This document shows positions 27,035 to 36,793 of a stretch of 64,000 nt of DNA, piece after piece (within the stretch, counting starts at the first letter, position 1; each line of letters starts with the position of its first letter). The notes beneath the pieces are model-generated. The model was not told the DNA's origin, did no database searches, and saw nothing but the letters and a program-made list of their open reading frames with translations. Position numbers and translations under genes: made by a program. Source of the stretch: Candidatus Aminicenantes bacterium (GTDB lineage Bacteria > Acidobacteriota > Aminicenantia > S016-38); NCBI GenBank assembly GCA_026987025.1, contig JALSNJ010000029.1, positions 15,695 to 79,694 on the forward strand, written 5' to 3'.

Positions 27035-28206
27035 AGTTCCCCCTCTTCGTTGCCCTTCGCTACCTCTTCTCCAGGAGAAAGCAAACCTTCATATCCCTTA
27101 TTTCTGCGGTTTCCGTCCTGGGAATCACCATAGGGGTTGCCTCCTTAGTGGTGGCCCTGGCTCTGATATCCGGATTCCACAGCGAAATCCAGGGTAAGGT
27201 GCTGGAGGCCACCTCAGCCATCATGGCCTCGCTACCGGAGGGAGGAATAAGGGATTGGAAAAGCGTTTGCCGGAGGATGGGAGAATTACCCTTCGTGAAA
27301 AGGGCCTATCCCCAGGCCATATACCAGGCCCTGGCCAAGGGTCCTCTTTCAACCCAGGCCGTTATGCTAAGGGGGATCTCCTTGACTTCCCCTCCTCCCT
27401 GGGCCCAGGGCTACAAGGGAGAAGGGCTTTTGCTGGGGATGAGGCTTATGGAATCCCTGGGGGTCTTTCCCGGAGAGACCTTGGAGGTTTATCTTCCCAA
27501 GCTGGAGCTTACCCCCTTTGGGGCAAGGCCCAGGGCCAGGAGGGTAAAGGTGGAAGGGGGATTTTCCAGCGGCCTTTATGTTCTGGACAATACCGCGGCT
27601 GCTTTTCCCTTGGATAAAGCGAGGGAAATGCTTGGAGAGGAGCTCCCGGTAAACTACATAAACATAGATGTGAACGATATATACAGGGCGTCAGAGTATG
27701 CTCACTTGCTTCAGGAAAAATTCCCGGATTTTACCTTTACCCCCTGGAGCGAAATCAACAGGACCCTCTTTGAATCCCTGAAACTGGAGAAGAAGGTTAT
27801 CTTTATGGTCATAGCCCTTATCGTGGTGGTGGCTGCCCTCAACATAGTGGCCTCCCTCATCCTCATGGTTATGGAGAAGGTGAAGGATATTGGCATCCTC
27901 ATGTCCATGGGAGCTACCAGGAAGGATATTTCCATGGTCTTCATGCTTCAGGGGCTGCTGGTAGGATTTTTAGGGGTTGTTATCGGGGAGGCCCTGGGGG
28001 TAATTTTTTCCTTCCTGGCCAACAGGTTCAGCCTCATAAGGATCCCCCCTGACATATATCAGCTGGACCATGTCCCTTTTCAGGTAAAGCCCTTGGAAGC
28101 CATAGGGGTAGGGGTCTTTGCCCTTTTCATAAGCTTCCTATCCACTGTTTACCCCGCCAGGAAGGCATCTTCCATAGACCCTTCGGAGGCCATAAGGTAT
28201 GAGTGA
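27031..28206 (+). CDS. lolC: Lipoprotein-release ABC transporter permease (LolC/E, FtsX fold)
   Basis: It has an N-terminal TM segment, a periplasmic domain and a C-terminal FtsX 3-TM module, and overlaps lolD. Confidence 0.75.
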   Translation: MKFPLFVALRYLFSRRKQTFISLISAVSVLGITIGVASLVVALALISGFHSEIQGKVLEATSAIMASLPEGGIRDWKSVCRRMGELPFVKRAYPQAIYQALAKGPLSTQAVMLRGISLTSPPPWAQGYKGEGLLLGMRLMESLGVFPGETLEVYLPKLELTPFGARPRARRVKVEGGFSSGLYVLDNTAAAFPLDKAREMLGEELPVNYINIDVNDIYRASEYAHLLQEKFPDFTFTPWSEINRTLFESLKLEKKVIFMVIALIVVVAALNIVASLILMVMEKVKDIGILMSMGATRKDISMVFMLQGLLVGFLGVVIGEALGVIFSFLANRFSLIRIPPDIYQLDHVPFQVKPLEAIGVGVFALFISFLSTVYPARKASSIDPSEAIRYE

Positions 28207-28873
28207 AGTAAGGCTGGAGGGGGTGGTAAAGAGATATCCTTCCCCGGACGGGGAAATTGAGGTTTTAGGGGGGGTGGACCTGGCTGTAGGGAAGGGGGAG
28301 GCGGTCTCCATCATGGGACCCTCAGGTAGTGGTAAGACAACCCTGCTTCACATAATAGGAACCCTTTTAAGGCCCACTTCCGGCAGGGTTTCTCTGAACG
28401 GTCAGGAAATCTCCTCCATGGGAGAAGGGGAGCTGGCCCTTTTCAGAAACAGAAAGATAGGATTCGTATTTCAGTTCCACCACCTGCTGCCGGAGTTTAC
28501 CGTCCTGGAAAATGTCATGATGCCCCTGATTATAAGAGGGGAAAGGGGAGCGGAGGAAAGGGCCCGGCGGGTTCTTGAGATGGTGGGGATGGGCCATAGG
28601 CTAAAATTTAAACCCGCCCAGCTCTCCGGGGGCGAAAAACAGAGGGTGGCCCTGGCCAGGGCATTGGTCAACTCCCCCAGCCTTCTTCTTGCCGACGAGC
28701 CCACCGGAAACCTTGACTGGAAATCCTCTTCCCAGCTCATGGATATTCTGGCGCGCCTACACCGCCAGCTGGGATTTACGCTTATAATAGTTACCCACAA
28801 CAGGGAAATTGCCGAAAAATGGGGTAAAATATATTTGTTGGAAAGGGGTAAATTGAGATGTTGCACAGATTAA
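28199..28873 (+). CDS. lolD: Lipoprotein-release ABC transporter ATP-binding protein
   Basis: It has Walker A (GPSGSGKTT), LSGGEKQRV and LLLADEP, and the LolD-like sequence FVFQFHHLLPEFTVLENV. Confidence 0.85.
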   Translation: MSEVRLEGVVKRYPSPDGEIEVLGGVDLAVGKGEAVSIMGPSGSGKTTLLHIIGTLLRPTSGRVSLNGQEISSMGEGELALFRNRKIGFVFQFHHLLPEFTVLENVMMPLIIRGERGAEERARRVLEMVGMGHRLKFKPAQLSGGEKQRVALARALVNSPSLLLADEPTGNLDWKSSSQLMDILARLHRQLGFTLIIVTHNREIAEKWGKIYLLERGKLRCCTD

Positions 28874-31119
28874 GCGAAGGAGCCAAACAGGTAATAAATT
28901 TTGCCAGGCAGATAGCCCTTTTTGACTACGGAGAAGCCCAGGTGGAGCCGGAACACCTCCTCCTGGGCATGACCAAGGTTAAAATAGGGAATGTAAGCAG
29001 AATACTGCGGGCCTTCCACATAGACCCGGAGCAGCTGAGGGAGGACCTCAGCATTTTGAAACCAGCGCCTTCCTCCCTGAAGGTTTACATTACCGACATT
29101 CCCCTTAGCGAAGCCTCCGATAGAGTACTGGATTACGCGGAGGAGGAGGCGGCGTCCATGAACTCCCAGGTTGTGGGGGTGGAGCACATCCTTCTGGGGA
29201 TCCTCCGGGAGAGGCAATCGGTGGCGGCGGAGCTTTTGATGAGCTATGGTATGAGCCCCATGAGGCTGAGGTCCTACATCCTCAGGGGCTTTCCGGAGGA
29301 CGAGGAGTTTCCTCCGGTTCCTGAAGTCCTGGAAGAGTTCTCTGTGGACTTAGTGGACCTGGCCAGGAAGGGTAGGCTGGATCCCCTTATAGGAAGGGAA
29401 AGGGAAGTGGAGATGTTGATGAATGTGCTGGCCCGAAGGAGGAAGAACAATCCTCTTCTTATAGGGGAGGCCGGGGTGGGGAAAACCGCCATAGTGGAGG
29501 GCCTGGCCCAGAGGATGGCCCGGGGGGAGGTTCCTCCTTTTCTCAGAGATAAAACCATCCTCATGCTTTCCATGTCCGATGTGGTGGCTGGAACCCGCTA
29601 CAGGGGGGAGTTTGAGGAAAGAATGAGGGATATTCTGGAAGAGGTGCTGGAGAGAAACGATGTAATCCTCTTTATAGATGAAATTCACACCATAGTGGGG
29701 GCAGGAGCTGCCGAGGGAGCCATAGATGCTGCCTCTATATTGAAGCCCTTTTTAGCAACGGGCAGGATAAGGGTTATAGGCACCACCACGCCCTCGGACT
29801 ACAGGACCACCATAGAACAGGACCCTGCCCTTGACAGGAGATTCCAGAAGATATTTGTTGAACCTCCTTCCCGGCAGGAGGTTATGGAGATACTCAGGGG
29901 GCTGAGGTGGAAGTACGAGGAGCATCACGGGGTCCGTTACACCAAGGAAGCCCTGAAGGCCATGGTCCACCTTTCCTCCCTTTACCTGACCTACAGGCAG
30001 TTTCCGGACAAGGCGGTGGACCTTCTGGACGAGTCCGGGGCCATGGTGGCCCTTCAGGGAAGGAGGGTGGTGAGGAAGGCGGATGTAGAAAAATTGGTCT
30101 CCCGCAAAACCGGTATCCCCCTGCCTAACCTCAAGGAAAGCGAGAAGGAAAGGGTGTTCAGGCTTCGGGCAAGGATGGAAAGGGAAATAATCGGCCAGCG
30201 CCATGCCATAGAGGCCCTGGTTTCCGCCATAAAGAGGGCCTCGGTGGGGGTTAGAAGAGGAAAAAGGCCCTGGGGGATTTTCCTCTTCGTGGGGCCCACC
30301 GGTGTGGGAAAAACCCATACTGCCAGAGTCCTGGCCAAGCACCTTATGGGCAGCGAAGATAAGCTCATAAGAATAGACATGTCCGAATTCAAGGAGGAGC
30401 ACACCATATCCAAGCTTATAGGGGCGCCTCCGGGTTATGTTGGCTACGGTAGAGGAGGTTATTTGACCGAAAGGGTAAGGAATAACCCCTACTCCGTGGT
30501 GCTCTTAGACGAAATAGAAAAGGCCCACCCCTCCATCTTCAACCTTTTCCTTCAGGTCCTGGAGGATGGAAGACTCACCGATGGGATGGGAAGGACGGCG
30601 GACTTCACCAATACCATAATCATAATGACATCCAATATCGGGACCAGGGAGATGCTTTCTGCCAGAAAGGTTGGTTTTGCTTCCCTGAGCTCCTCCGATA
30701 GGGAAAAATTGCTCAGGGAAAGCGTCAGCGGCTTCTTCCCTCCGGAGTTTTTAAATCGCCTGGATGAGGTGATTTTCTTCAGTCCTTTGACCCGGGAGGA
30801 CCTCAGGGAAATAGCCCGCTCCATAATCGCTGAGGTAAATCAGGAGGCTAAGGACACGGGCTGGGAGCTCAGGCTTTCCCCATCCGCCCTGGAGCTTCTG
30901 GTAAGCAAAGCCCTTGGGGAATGGAAATTCGGAGCCAGGCCCCTGCGCAGGATTATAGAAAGGGAAATAATAGACAGGGCAGCGGAGCTTCTTTTGAACA
31001 AAACCGGAAAATGGATTATAATTGAGGTCAATGAAAAACAGGGTAGCTTTACTATTAAAGGCAGGACTGGCAGTTCTTCTTCTCCTTCCCCTATGGGCAG
31101 CAAAGATAGAAAAAATTGA
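28858..31119 (+). CDS. clpA: Clp/Hsp100 AAA+ chaperone, ClpA/ClpC-like (two AAA modules, no ClpB middle domain)
   Basis: It has a Clp_N repeat, D1 Walker A (GEAGVGKTAI), D2 Walker A (GPTGVGKT), a sensor region and is 753 aa. The last ~30 codons overlap the bamA start. Confidence 0.8.
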   Translation: MLHRLSEGAKQVINFARQIALFDYGEAQVEPEHLLLGMTKVKIGNVSRILRAFHIDPEQLREDLSILKPAPSSLKVYITDIPLSEASDRVLDYAEEEAASMNSQVVGVEHILLGILRERQSVAAELLMSYGMSPMRLRSYILRGFPEDEEFPPVPEVLEEFSVDLVDLARKGRLDPLIGREREVEMLMNVLARRRKNNPLLIGEAGVGKTAIVEGLAQRMARGEVPPFLRDKTILMLSMSDVVAGTRYRGEFEERMRDILEEVLERNDVILFIDEIHTIVGAGAAEGAIDAASILKPFLATGRIRVIGTTTPSDYRTTIEQDPALDRRFQKIFVEPPSRQEVMEILRGLRWKYEEHHGVRYTKEALKAMVHLSSLYLTYRQFPDKAVDLLDESGAMVALQGRRVVRKADVEKLVSRKTGIPLPNLKESEKERVFRLRARMEREIIGQRHAIEALVSAIKRASVGVRRGKRPWGIFLFVGPTGVGKTHTARVLAKHLMGSEDKLIRIDMSEFKEEHTISKLIGAPPGYVGYGRGGYLTERVRNNPYSVVLLDEIEKAHPSIFNLFLQVLEDGRLTDGMGRTADFTNTIIIMTSNIGTREMLSARKVGFASLSSSDREKLLRESVSGFFPPEFLNRLDEVIFFSPLTREDLREIARSIIAEVNQEAKDTGWELRLSPSALELLVSKALGEWKFGARPLRRIIEREIIDRAAELLLNKTGKWIIIEVNEKQGSFTIKGRTGSSSSPSPMGSKDRKN

Positions 31120-33328
31120 GATCTTAGGGCTAAAAAGGCTTTCCCCTGAGACGGTAAAGTACTATTTAGTTTCCTCCGAGGGGATGGAATTCAGCCCTGC
31201 CCGGGTGAGGCAGGACATTGAGAACCTATGGAAGACCGGATTTTTTTCCGATATTCAGGTTTACATAAAGGATGAAGGTAGGGTTCTTCGTTTTGTCGTT
31301 AAGGAAAGGCCCATCGTTAAGAGGGTGGTAATAAAAACCGACCGGTACATAAAGAAAACGGATATAACCGATAAATTAAAGGAAGAGGGGGTGGAAATCC
31401 TCCCCTATTCCTATTATCAGCCCTCCAGGGTGGCCAGGGTAAAGAAGGTGATAGAGGATTTTCTTAAGGAAAAGGGTTTTGCCCTGGGAAGGGTGGAGGT
31501 GCAAAAGGAGGGGAAGGAGGAAATAACCTTAACATTTGATGTCAGGGCCGGGGGCAAGCTCAGGATCGGGGAAATTGATATAAGAGGGAACTCCATGGTC
31601 CCTACCCCGGTCTTGGTCGGAGCCATAAGGTCCATAAGGAAATTTTCCCCTTTCAACCTGATATACCTGAAAAAAACGGTCTATTCCTCCAGGGCCCTGG
31701 AGGAGGCCCGCCAGGAACTGCGGAAAAAATACTTGGACCTGGGTTTTCTGGATGTGTTCGTGGGGGAACCCAGGATTGAGATAGAGGAGAGAAGGGATTT
31801 TCTGGGGCAGAAGAGGAAGATGATCAGGGTTGTCTTTCAGGTCAACGAGGGGAACATATATCGGGTAGGGAAGGTGGAGGTGGAAGGGAACAAAGCCTTC
31901 CCCAGGGGCCTCATAAAGTCCCTGATCCTTCTCAAAAGGAATCAAATTTACTCCCTCAGCAAGAGGGAGGATTCGGTAAAAAATATTCAGGACCTCTACG
32001 GCTCCATCGGTTACATATACGCTCAGGTAATTCCCATTGAGGAACCCAAGCCGGAAAGCCACCGGGTGGACATAACCTTCAGGATAATAGAGAACAAAAG
32101 AGTAAGGCTTCATCGCCTGGATTTCAAGGGGAACACCTATACCTACGACAAAGTCCTCAGAAGGGAATTTCTCATAGCCGAGGGCGATTACTTCAATGTG
32201 GAGGCCTTTAAGAACAGCCTCATCAGGATAAGACAGCTGGGCATCGTGGAGATAAAGGAGAACCCTGATTTTCATCCGGTGGGGGAAGACAAAATGGATG
32301 TGGTGGTTAAAGTGGAGGAGATGCACAGGAACCAGATATTCTTCAACGCCGGTTATGGGGGATTCTTCGGTTATTTCGTGGGGGGGTCCCTTTCCACCTC
32401 CAATTTTATGGGGAAGGGGGAAAACCTCAGCCTCTTCCTTCAGTATGGCACCCGATACAAAAGCTATAGCATTTCCTTCACTGAACCCTATCTCTTTGAT
32501 AGGCCCATCTTCCTCACCTTTAACATACACAACAACCTTTCCATCTTCCCCTACATGTTTACCAGGCAGATGAAGGGAGGGGGGCTCACCTTCGGTATAA
32601 AAAAGGGCTTCTGGAGGTTTGATTTCTCCTATACCAATGATTTCATATCCTTAAAGGATGTGAACGAGGATTATATAAACAATTTGCCGGAATTTTACCG
32701 CCTTCTCTGGTTTACCAATATGAGAATCGCTGCCATCTCGCCGGTAATTTACCGCTCCAGCGTGGACTCCCCTATCTGGCCCGAGAAGGGAACCCTTTAC
32801 CTTTACGGCCTGAAGATCGCCAACAGGGCTCTGGGAAGCGAAACGGACTTCGTAAGCAACTGGGTGGAGTTCACCCATTATCACAAGTTCAAATGGGGAC
32901 ATATCCTGGGCATGCACTTCAGGCTTCAATACATGAAGGCCCTGGGCGACAGCACCATTCCCATTTACGAAAGGATTTTCATGGGGGGAGAGCAGTCCCT
33001 CAGGGGGTTTGATTTCTATCGGGTAAGCCCCCAGGAGAACGGAGTAAGAATAGGGGGGACCAAATCCGTGCTGTTTAACTTAGAATATGAGATAAGGATG
33101 AAGGACTCGCCCATGGCGGTGGTTCTATTTCTGGACGCAGGAAATGTTTATAGCGAAAATCAAAGCATGGACATAACGGACCTTTACTATTGCACCGGAG
33201 TGGAGGGAAGAGTTTTCATAGAGATGCTTAGAATTCCCTTCCGTCTGATAATATCGTATAATCCTAAGCTTCCCACCAAATACGATAGAAACTTCACCAT
33301 AAGGATAGGAATGGGAAGAACATTTTAA
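31031..33328 (+). CDS. bamA: Outer membrane protein assembly factor BamA
   Basis: It has a signal peptide, POTRA repeats and a C-terminal 16-strand barrel ending in ...GMGRTF. The start is taken at MKNRVALLL (31031); the ATG at 31022 is an alternative. Confidence 0.85.
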   Translation: MKNRVALLLKAGLAVLLLLPLWAAKIEKIEILGLKRLSPETVKYYLVSSEGMEFSPARVRQDIENLWKTGFFSDIQVYIKDEGRVLRFVVKERPIVKRVVIKTDRYIKKTDITDKLKEEGVEILPYSYYQPSRVARVKKVIEDFLKEKGFALGRVEVQKEGKEEITLTFDVRAGGKLRIGEIDIRGNSMVPTPVLVGAIRSIRKFSPFNLIYLKKTVYSSRALEEARQELRKKYLDLGFLDVFVGEPRIEIEERRDFLGQKRKMIRVVFQVNEGNIYRVGKVEVEGNKAFPRGLIKSLILLKRNQIYSLSKREDSVKNIQDLYGSIGYIYAQVIPIEEPKPESHRVDITFRIIENKRVRLHRLDFKGNTYTYDKVLRREFLIAEGDYFNVEAFKNSLIRIRQLGIVEIKENPDFHPVGEDKMDVVVKVEEMHRNQIFFNAGYGGFFGYFVGGSLSTSNFMGKGENLSLFLQYGTRYKSYSISFTEPYLFDRPIFLTFNIHNNLSIFPYMFTRQMKGGGLTFGIKKGFWRFDFSYTNDFISLKDVNEDYINNLPEFYRLLWFTNMRIAAISPVIYRSSVDSPIWPEKGTLYLYGLKIANRALGSETDFVSNWVEFTHYHKFKWGHILGMHFRLQYMKALGDSTIPIYERIFMGGEQSLRGFDFYRVSPQENGVRIGGTKSVLFNLEYEIRMKDSPMAVVLFLDAGNVYSENQSMDITDLYYCTGVEGRVFIEMLRIPFRLIISYNPKLPTKYDRNFTIRIGMGRTF

Positions 33329-33339
33329 AGGAGGTAGGC

Positions 33340-33867
33340 ATGAAAAAAGCACTCTTGGGAATTCTCTCCTTAGCTCTGCTTTCGGCAGCGGCTTATAGCC
33401 AGAAGATAAGGATAGGGGTGGTGAACCCGGACTATATTCTGGCCAATTCCAAGGAGGGGAAAAAGATATTGAGCGAACTTCAGGCTCTTCAAAAAAGGAA
33501 GGAGGCGGAGATAGCCCGGAGGCAGAAGGAAATTCAGAACCTTCAGAGGAAGCTTCAGACCCAGCAGGGAGTAATGAGTCCCCAGGCCGTTCAAAACCTC
33601 CAGGATAAGATAATGGAAAAGCAGAAGGCCCTCAAAAGGTATGTGGACGATGCCAAGGACGAACTGGCCAGGGCCAATCAGAAGAAGCTCGGCGCCTTTC
33701 AGCAGAAGATGCTTAAGGTGATAAAAAGGGTGGCCAAGGCCAAGGGTCTGGTGCTGGTTCTGGACAAAAGGCAGGTTATATATTCCGACCCTGTCATAGA
33801 CATTTCCTCAGAAGTGATAGGCGAGCTGGATAAGATGTTTGACAAACAGGTGGGGATAGGAAAATGA
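33340..33867 (+). CDS. skp: Periplasmic chaperone Skp/OmpH
   Basis: It has a signal peptide and a basic coiled-coil protein of 175 aa, and lies directly after bamA. Confidence 0.8.
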   Translation: MKKALLGILSLALLSAAAYSQKIRIGVVNPDYILANSKEGKKILSELQALQKRKEAEIARRQKEIQNLQRKLQTQQGVMSPQAVQNLQDKIMEKQKALKRYVDDAKDELARANQKKLGAFQQKMLKVIKRVAKAKGLVLVLDKRQVIYSDPVIDISSEVIGELDKMFDKQVGIGK

Positions 33868-34295
33868 AGGTGGAAGAGATTCTGGCCCTCCTCCCCCATC
33901 GCTACCCTTTCATGCTTGTGGATAAAATAAAGGAGGTGGAGGAAGGGAAAAGAATCGTCGGAATAAAGAATGTAACCTTCAACGAAGCCTTTTTCCAGGG
34001 CCATTTCCCCGGGAGGCCAGTGATGCCGGGGGTCCTCATTCTGGAGGCCATGGCCCAGACAGGGGCAGTTTTGTTGCTTTATTCCTTTGAGGAGGCCAGG
34101 AAAAAGCTCTTTTATCTGGCTGGAATAAAGGAGGCCCGGTTCAAGAGGCCGGTGGTTCCCGGGGATGTGCTGGAAATGGAGCTTACCGTGGAGAAATTAA
34201 GGAGCAATTACGCCGCCATGCGGGGGGTGGCCAGGGTGGAGGGAGAGGTGGCGGCCCAGGCCCTTATCCAGTCCATAGGAGTGGAGGAGGAATGA
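33864..34295 (+). CDS. fabZ: 3-hydroxyacyl-ACP dehydratase
   Basis: LPHRYPFMLVDKI...FFQGHFPGRPVMPGVLILEAMAQ is the FabZ signature. Confidence 0.9.
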   Translation: MKVEEILALLPHRYPFMLVDKIKEVEEGKRIVGIKNVTFNEAFFQGHFPGRPVMPGVLILEAMAQTGAVLLLYSFEEARKKLFYLAGIKEARFKRPVVPGDVLEMELTVEKLRSNYAAMRGVARVEGEVAAQALIQSIGVEEE

Positions 34296-35098
34296 AGGTT
34301 CACCCCACCGCCCAGCTCCTGGGGGAAGTTCACCTGGAGGAGGGGGTGGAAGTAGGTCCCTATGCCATCCTGGATGGAAGGCTGGGGCCGATAAAAATAG
34401 GCGCAGGAACCATAGTTTTCGGCAATGTATGGATCCAGGGACCTACCTTTATAGGGGAAGAGAATGTAATTTATCCCTTCGCGTCCATAGGGGGAGGCCC
34501 CCAGGACCTGGAATACAAATTGGAGCCCACGGAAATTTACATAGGGGACAGGAATGTTATAAGGGAGTATGTAACCATAAACAAGGGCTCCACCAAGGAT
34601 AAAGGGAAGACGGTTATAGGCAACGACAACTACTTCATGGCTTACTCCCACATAGCCCACGATTGCAAGATAGGAAACCATGTGGTTTTTACCAACGGTG
34701 CTTCCATAGCCGGGCATGTGGAGGTTCATGACTACGCCATACTGAGCGCCTTCGTTGGTGTGCAACAGTTCTCCAGGATAGGGGCCCATGCCTTTGTGGG
34801 GGGATACAGCGCGGTGAACCAGGATGTTCTTCCCTATGCCAAGGTCGTAGGGCTTCGCCCTTTGGAGATTGTGGGGGTAAATACCGTGGGCCTTTCCCGC
34901 CGGGGATTTAGCCGGGAACAGATAAGGGCCATAGATAAGGCCTTCAGGCTCCTGCTTCGCTCCGGGCTCCTCTTGAAGGACGCCATAGAAAAGATAGAGG
35001 AGGAACTGGGAGAGAGGCCGGAGATAAAGGTTCTTCTGGATTTCCTTAGAACCCTGGACCCCAGGCGGGGATTTCACAGAAAAATAAGGAAAAGATGA
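34292..35098 (+). CDS. lpxA: UDP-N-acetylglucosamine O-acyltransferase
   Basis: It has hexapeptide repeats and the characteristic C-terminal helical domain, and is coupled to fabZ. Confidence 0.85.
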   Translation: MKVHPTAQLLGEVHLEEGVEVGPYAILDGRLGPIKIGAGTIVFGNVWIQGPTFIGEENVIYPFASIGGGPQDLEYKLEPTEIYIGDRNVIREYVTINKGSTKDKGKTVIGNDNYFMAYSHIAHDCKIGNHVVFTNGASIAGHVEVHDYAILSAFVGVQQFSRIGAHAFVGGYSAVNQDVLPYAKVVGLRPLEIVGVNTVGLSRRGFSREQIRAIDKAFRLLLRSGLLLKDAIEKIEEELGERPEIKVLLDFLRTLDPRRGFHRKIRKR

Positions 35099-35889
35099 GA
35101 CTGTTGGTGGTGGCCGGGGAAGGAATTTTGCCCGGGGAAGTGGTGAAGGGAGCCCGGTCCCAAGGATACGATGTGGTGGTTTTCAACTTTTCAAAGAAGC
35201 CCATAGAGGCACCCCAGGTCTTCAATTTCAAAATAGAGGATGCAGGCAAGGCTCTCTCCACCATGGAGACCCTTTCCCCCGATGAGGCGGTGATGGTGGG
35301 TAAAGTGGAGCACAAAATAGTCTTCTCGTCCCTGTTTACCAAGCCCTCCCTTCTTCCTCTGGTAAGGAGGTTGAAGGGAAAAAAGCCCATGGAGATACTG
35401 AAGACCATAGGGGAGATAATAGAGGAAAGGGGCGTGAAACTTGTAAGCCCCCTCAAGTTTGTTCCCCATCTGGTTTTCCCCCGGGGAGAGCTGGTGGGAA
35501 GATTTAGCCAGCAGGAGCTGAAGGAGATTTCCAGGGCCTATTCGCTGGCTAAGGAGCTGGCCCGGATGGATATAGGACAGGCCATAGCCTGGAAGGAGGG
35601 GGCGGTGGTGGCGGTGGAGGCCATGGAGGGGACCGACAGGATGATAAGGAGGGCCGGGGAGCTGGTCAAGGATTTCACCGTGGTTAAGGTGAGCCGCCCT
35701 TCTCAGGATCTCCGATATGACCTTCCGGTGGTGGGCCCTTCCACCTTAGAGGCCATGGCTGAGGCAGGAGGGAAAAACCTGGTTTTTGAGGCCGGGAAGA
35801 CCATTTTTCTGAATCCGGAACTTTCTCTGGATTTTGCCCGCAGGAGGCGAATAAAAATAATTTCCTGGGAGGAGCCGGAAAATGAATAG
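35095..35889 (+). CDS. lpxI: UDP-2,3-diacylglucosamine hydrolase, LpxI type (DUF1009)
   Basis: IGQAIAWKEGAVVAVEAMEGTDRMIRRAG...VVKVSRPSQDLRYDLPVVGPSTL closely parallels Caulobacter LpxI (IGQTIVVKGGAVMAVEAIEGTDAAIRRGG...VVKVAKPRQDLRFDVPTIGPDTI). Confidence 0.8.
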   Translation: MRLLVVAGEGILPGEVVKGARSQGYDVVVFNFSKKPIEAPQVFNFKIEDAGKALSTMETLSPDEAVMVGKVEHKIVFSSLFTKPSLLPLVRRLKGKKPMEILKTIGEIIEERGVKLVSPLKFVPHLVFPRGELVGRFSQQELKEISRAYSLAKELARMDIGQAIAWKEGAVVAVEAMEGTDRMIRRAGELVKDFTVVKVSRPSQDLRYDLPVVGPSTLEAMAEAGGKNLVFEAGKTIFLNPELSLDFARRRRIKIISWEEPENE

Positions 35890-36793
35890 GGTGAAGCTGG
35901 CTGTGGTGGGAGTAGGGAAGCTTGGAAGCCTCCACTCCAGGGTTATTTCCGAGATCTCAGAGGCGGAGCTCGTCTATGTGGTGGACATAATAAAGGAGAG
36001 GGCCGAAGAGGTGGGCTCAGAGTATTCCGCCGAGCCCCTCTTAGATTACACCCGGGTGAAGGATGTGGATGGAGTGGTGGTGGCCACCCCCACCCATTCC
36101 CATTACGAAATCGCCAGGCATTTCCTGGAGAAGGGGATAAACCTCCTGGTAGAAAAGCCCATTACCTCCTCCAGCCAGGAAGCGGAGGAACTCCTTACCC
36201 TGGCCGAGAAGAAGAATGTTGTCCTACATGTAGGCCATGTGGAGAGGTTTAATCCGGCGGCCAGAAGGCTTTTTGAGATAAAGGAAAAACCCAATTTCAT
36301 AAGGGCCCAGAGGCTTTCCCCCTTTACCGGCAGGTCCTTGGACATAAATGTGGTCCAGGACCTGATGATCCATGACCTTGAAATCGTCCTTTCCCTTTTG
36401 AGGGAGGAACCCCAATTGATTCACGCCTCCGGGGTGCGGTTTGCCACGGGGAAGCTGGACTTTGCCACGGCCATATTGAGGTTCCCTTCCTGCGTGGTGG
36501 AGATTACCGCCAGCAGAATATACGACAAGAAGCTCCGCCGTCTGGACGCCTTCTTCCCTTCGGGCCTATATGTCAAGCTGGATTTTGCCCAGAATACCTT
36601 CGCCAGGTTCAGGCCAACCCTTTACGGAATAGAGGAGGAATGGACAAGGATAGTTTCCAAGGAGCCCCTCAGGGCCCAAATGGAAAGGTTTATAGAAGCC
36701 ATAAAGGGAAGGGGGGAGAGGTGGGATGTTACGGCGGTAAAGGCTCTGGGCTGGGCTGAGAAGATATCTGAAATTGCTGAAAGAAGTTCTTAG
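35882..36793 (+). CDS. Gfo/Idh/MocA-family NAD-dependent oxidoreductase, GnnA-like candidate (UDP-GlcNAc 3-dehydrogenase)
   Basis: It has a Rossmann N-terminus (KLAVVGVGKLGSLH), EKP and a Gfo/Idh/MocA C-terminal domain. It is overlap-coupled to lpxI within the lipid A cluster. Confidence 0.6.
   Translation: MNRVKLAVVGVGKLGSLHSRVISEISEAELVYVVDIIKERAEEVGSEYSAEPLLDYTRVKDVDGVVVATPTHSHYEIARHFLEKGINLLVEKPITSSSQEAEELLTLAEKKNVVLHVGHVERFNPAARRLFEIKEKPNFIRAQRLSPFTGRSLDINVVQDLMIHDLEIVLSLLREEPQLIHASGVRFATGKLDFATAILRFPSCVVEITASRIYDKKLRRLDAFFPSGLYVKLDFAQNTFARFRPTLYGIEEEWTRIVSKEPLRAQMERFIEAIKGRGERWDVTAVKALGWAEKISEIAERSS

Noticed and set aside
29752-30402. A 216-aa minus-strand ORF
   Set aside because: It is antisense to the clpA AAA+ domains.
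31529-32530. A 333-aa minus-strand ORF
   Set aside because: It is antisense inside bamA.
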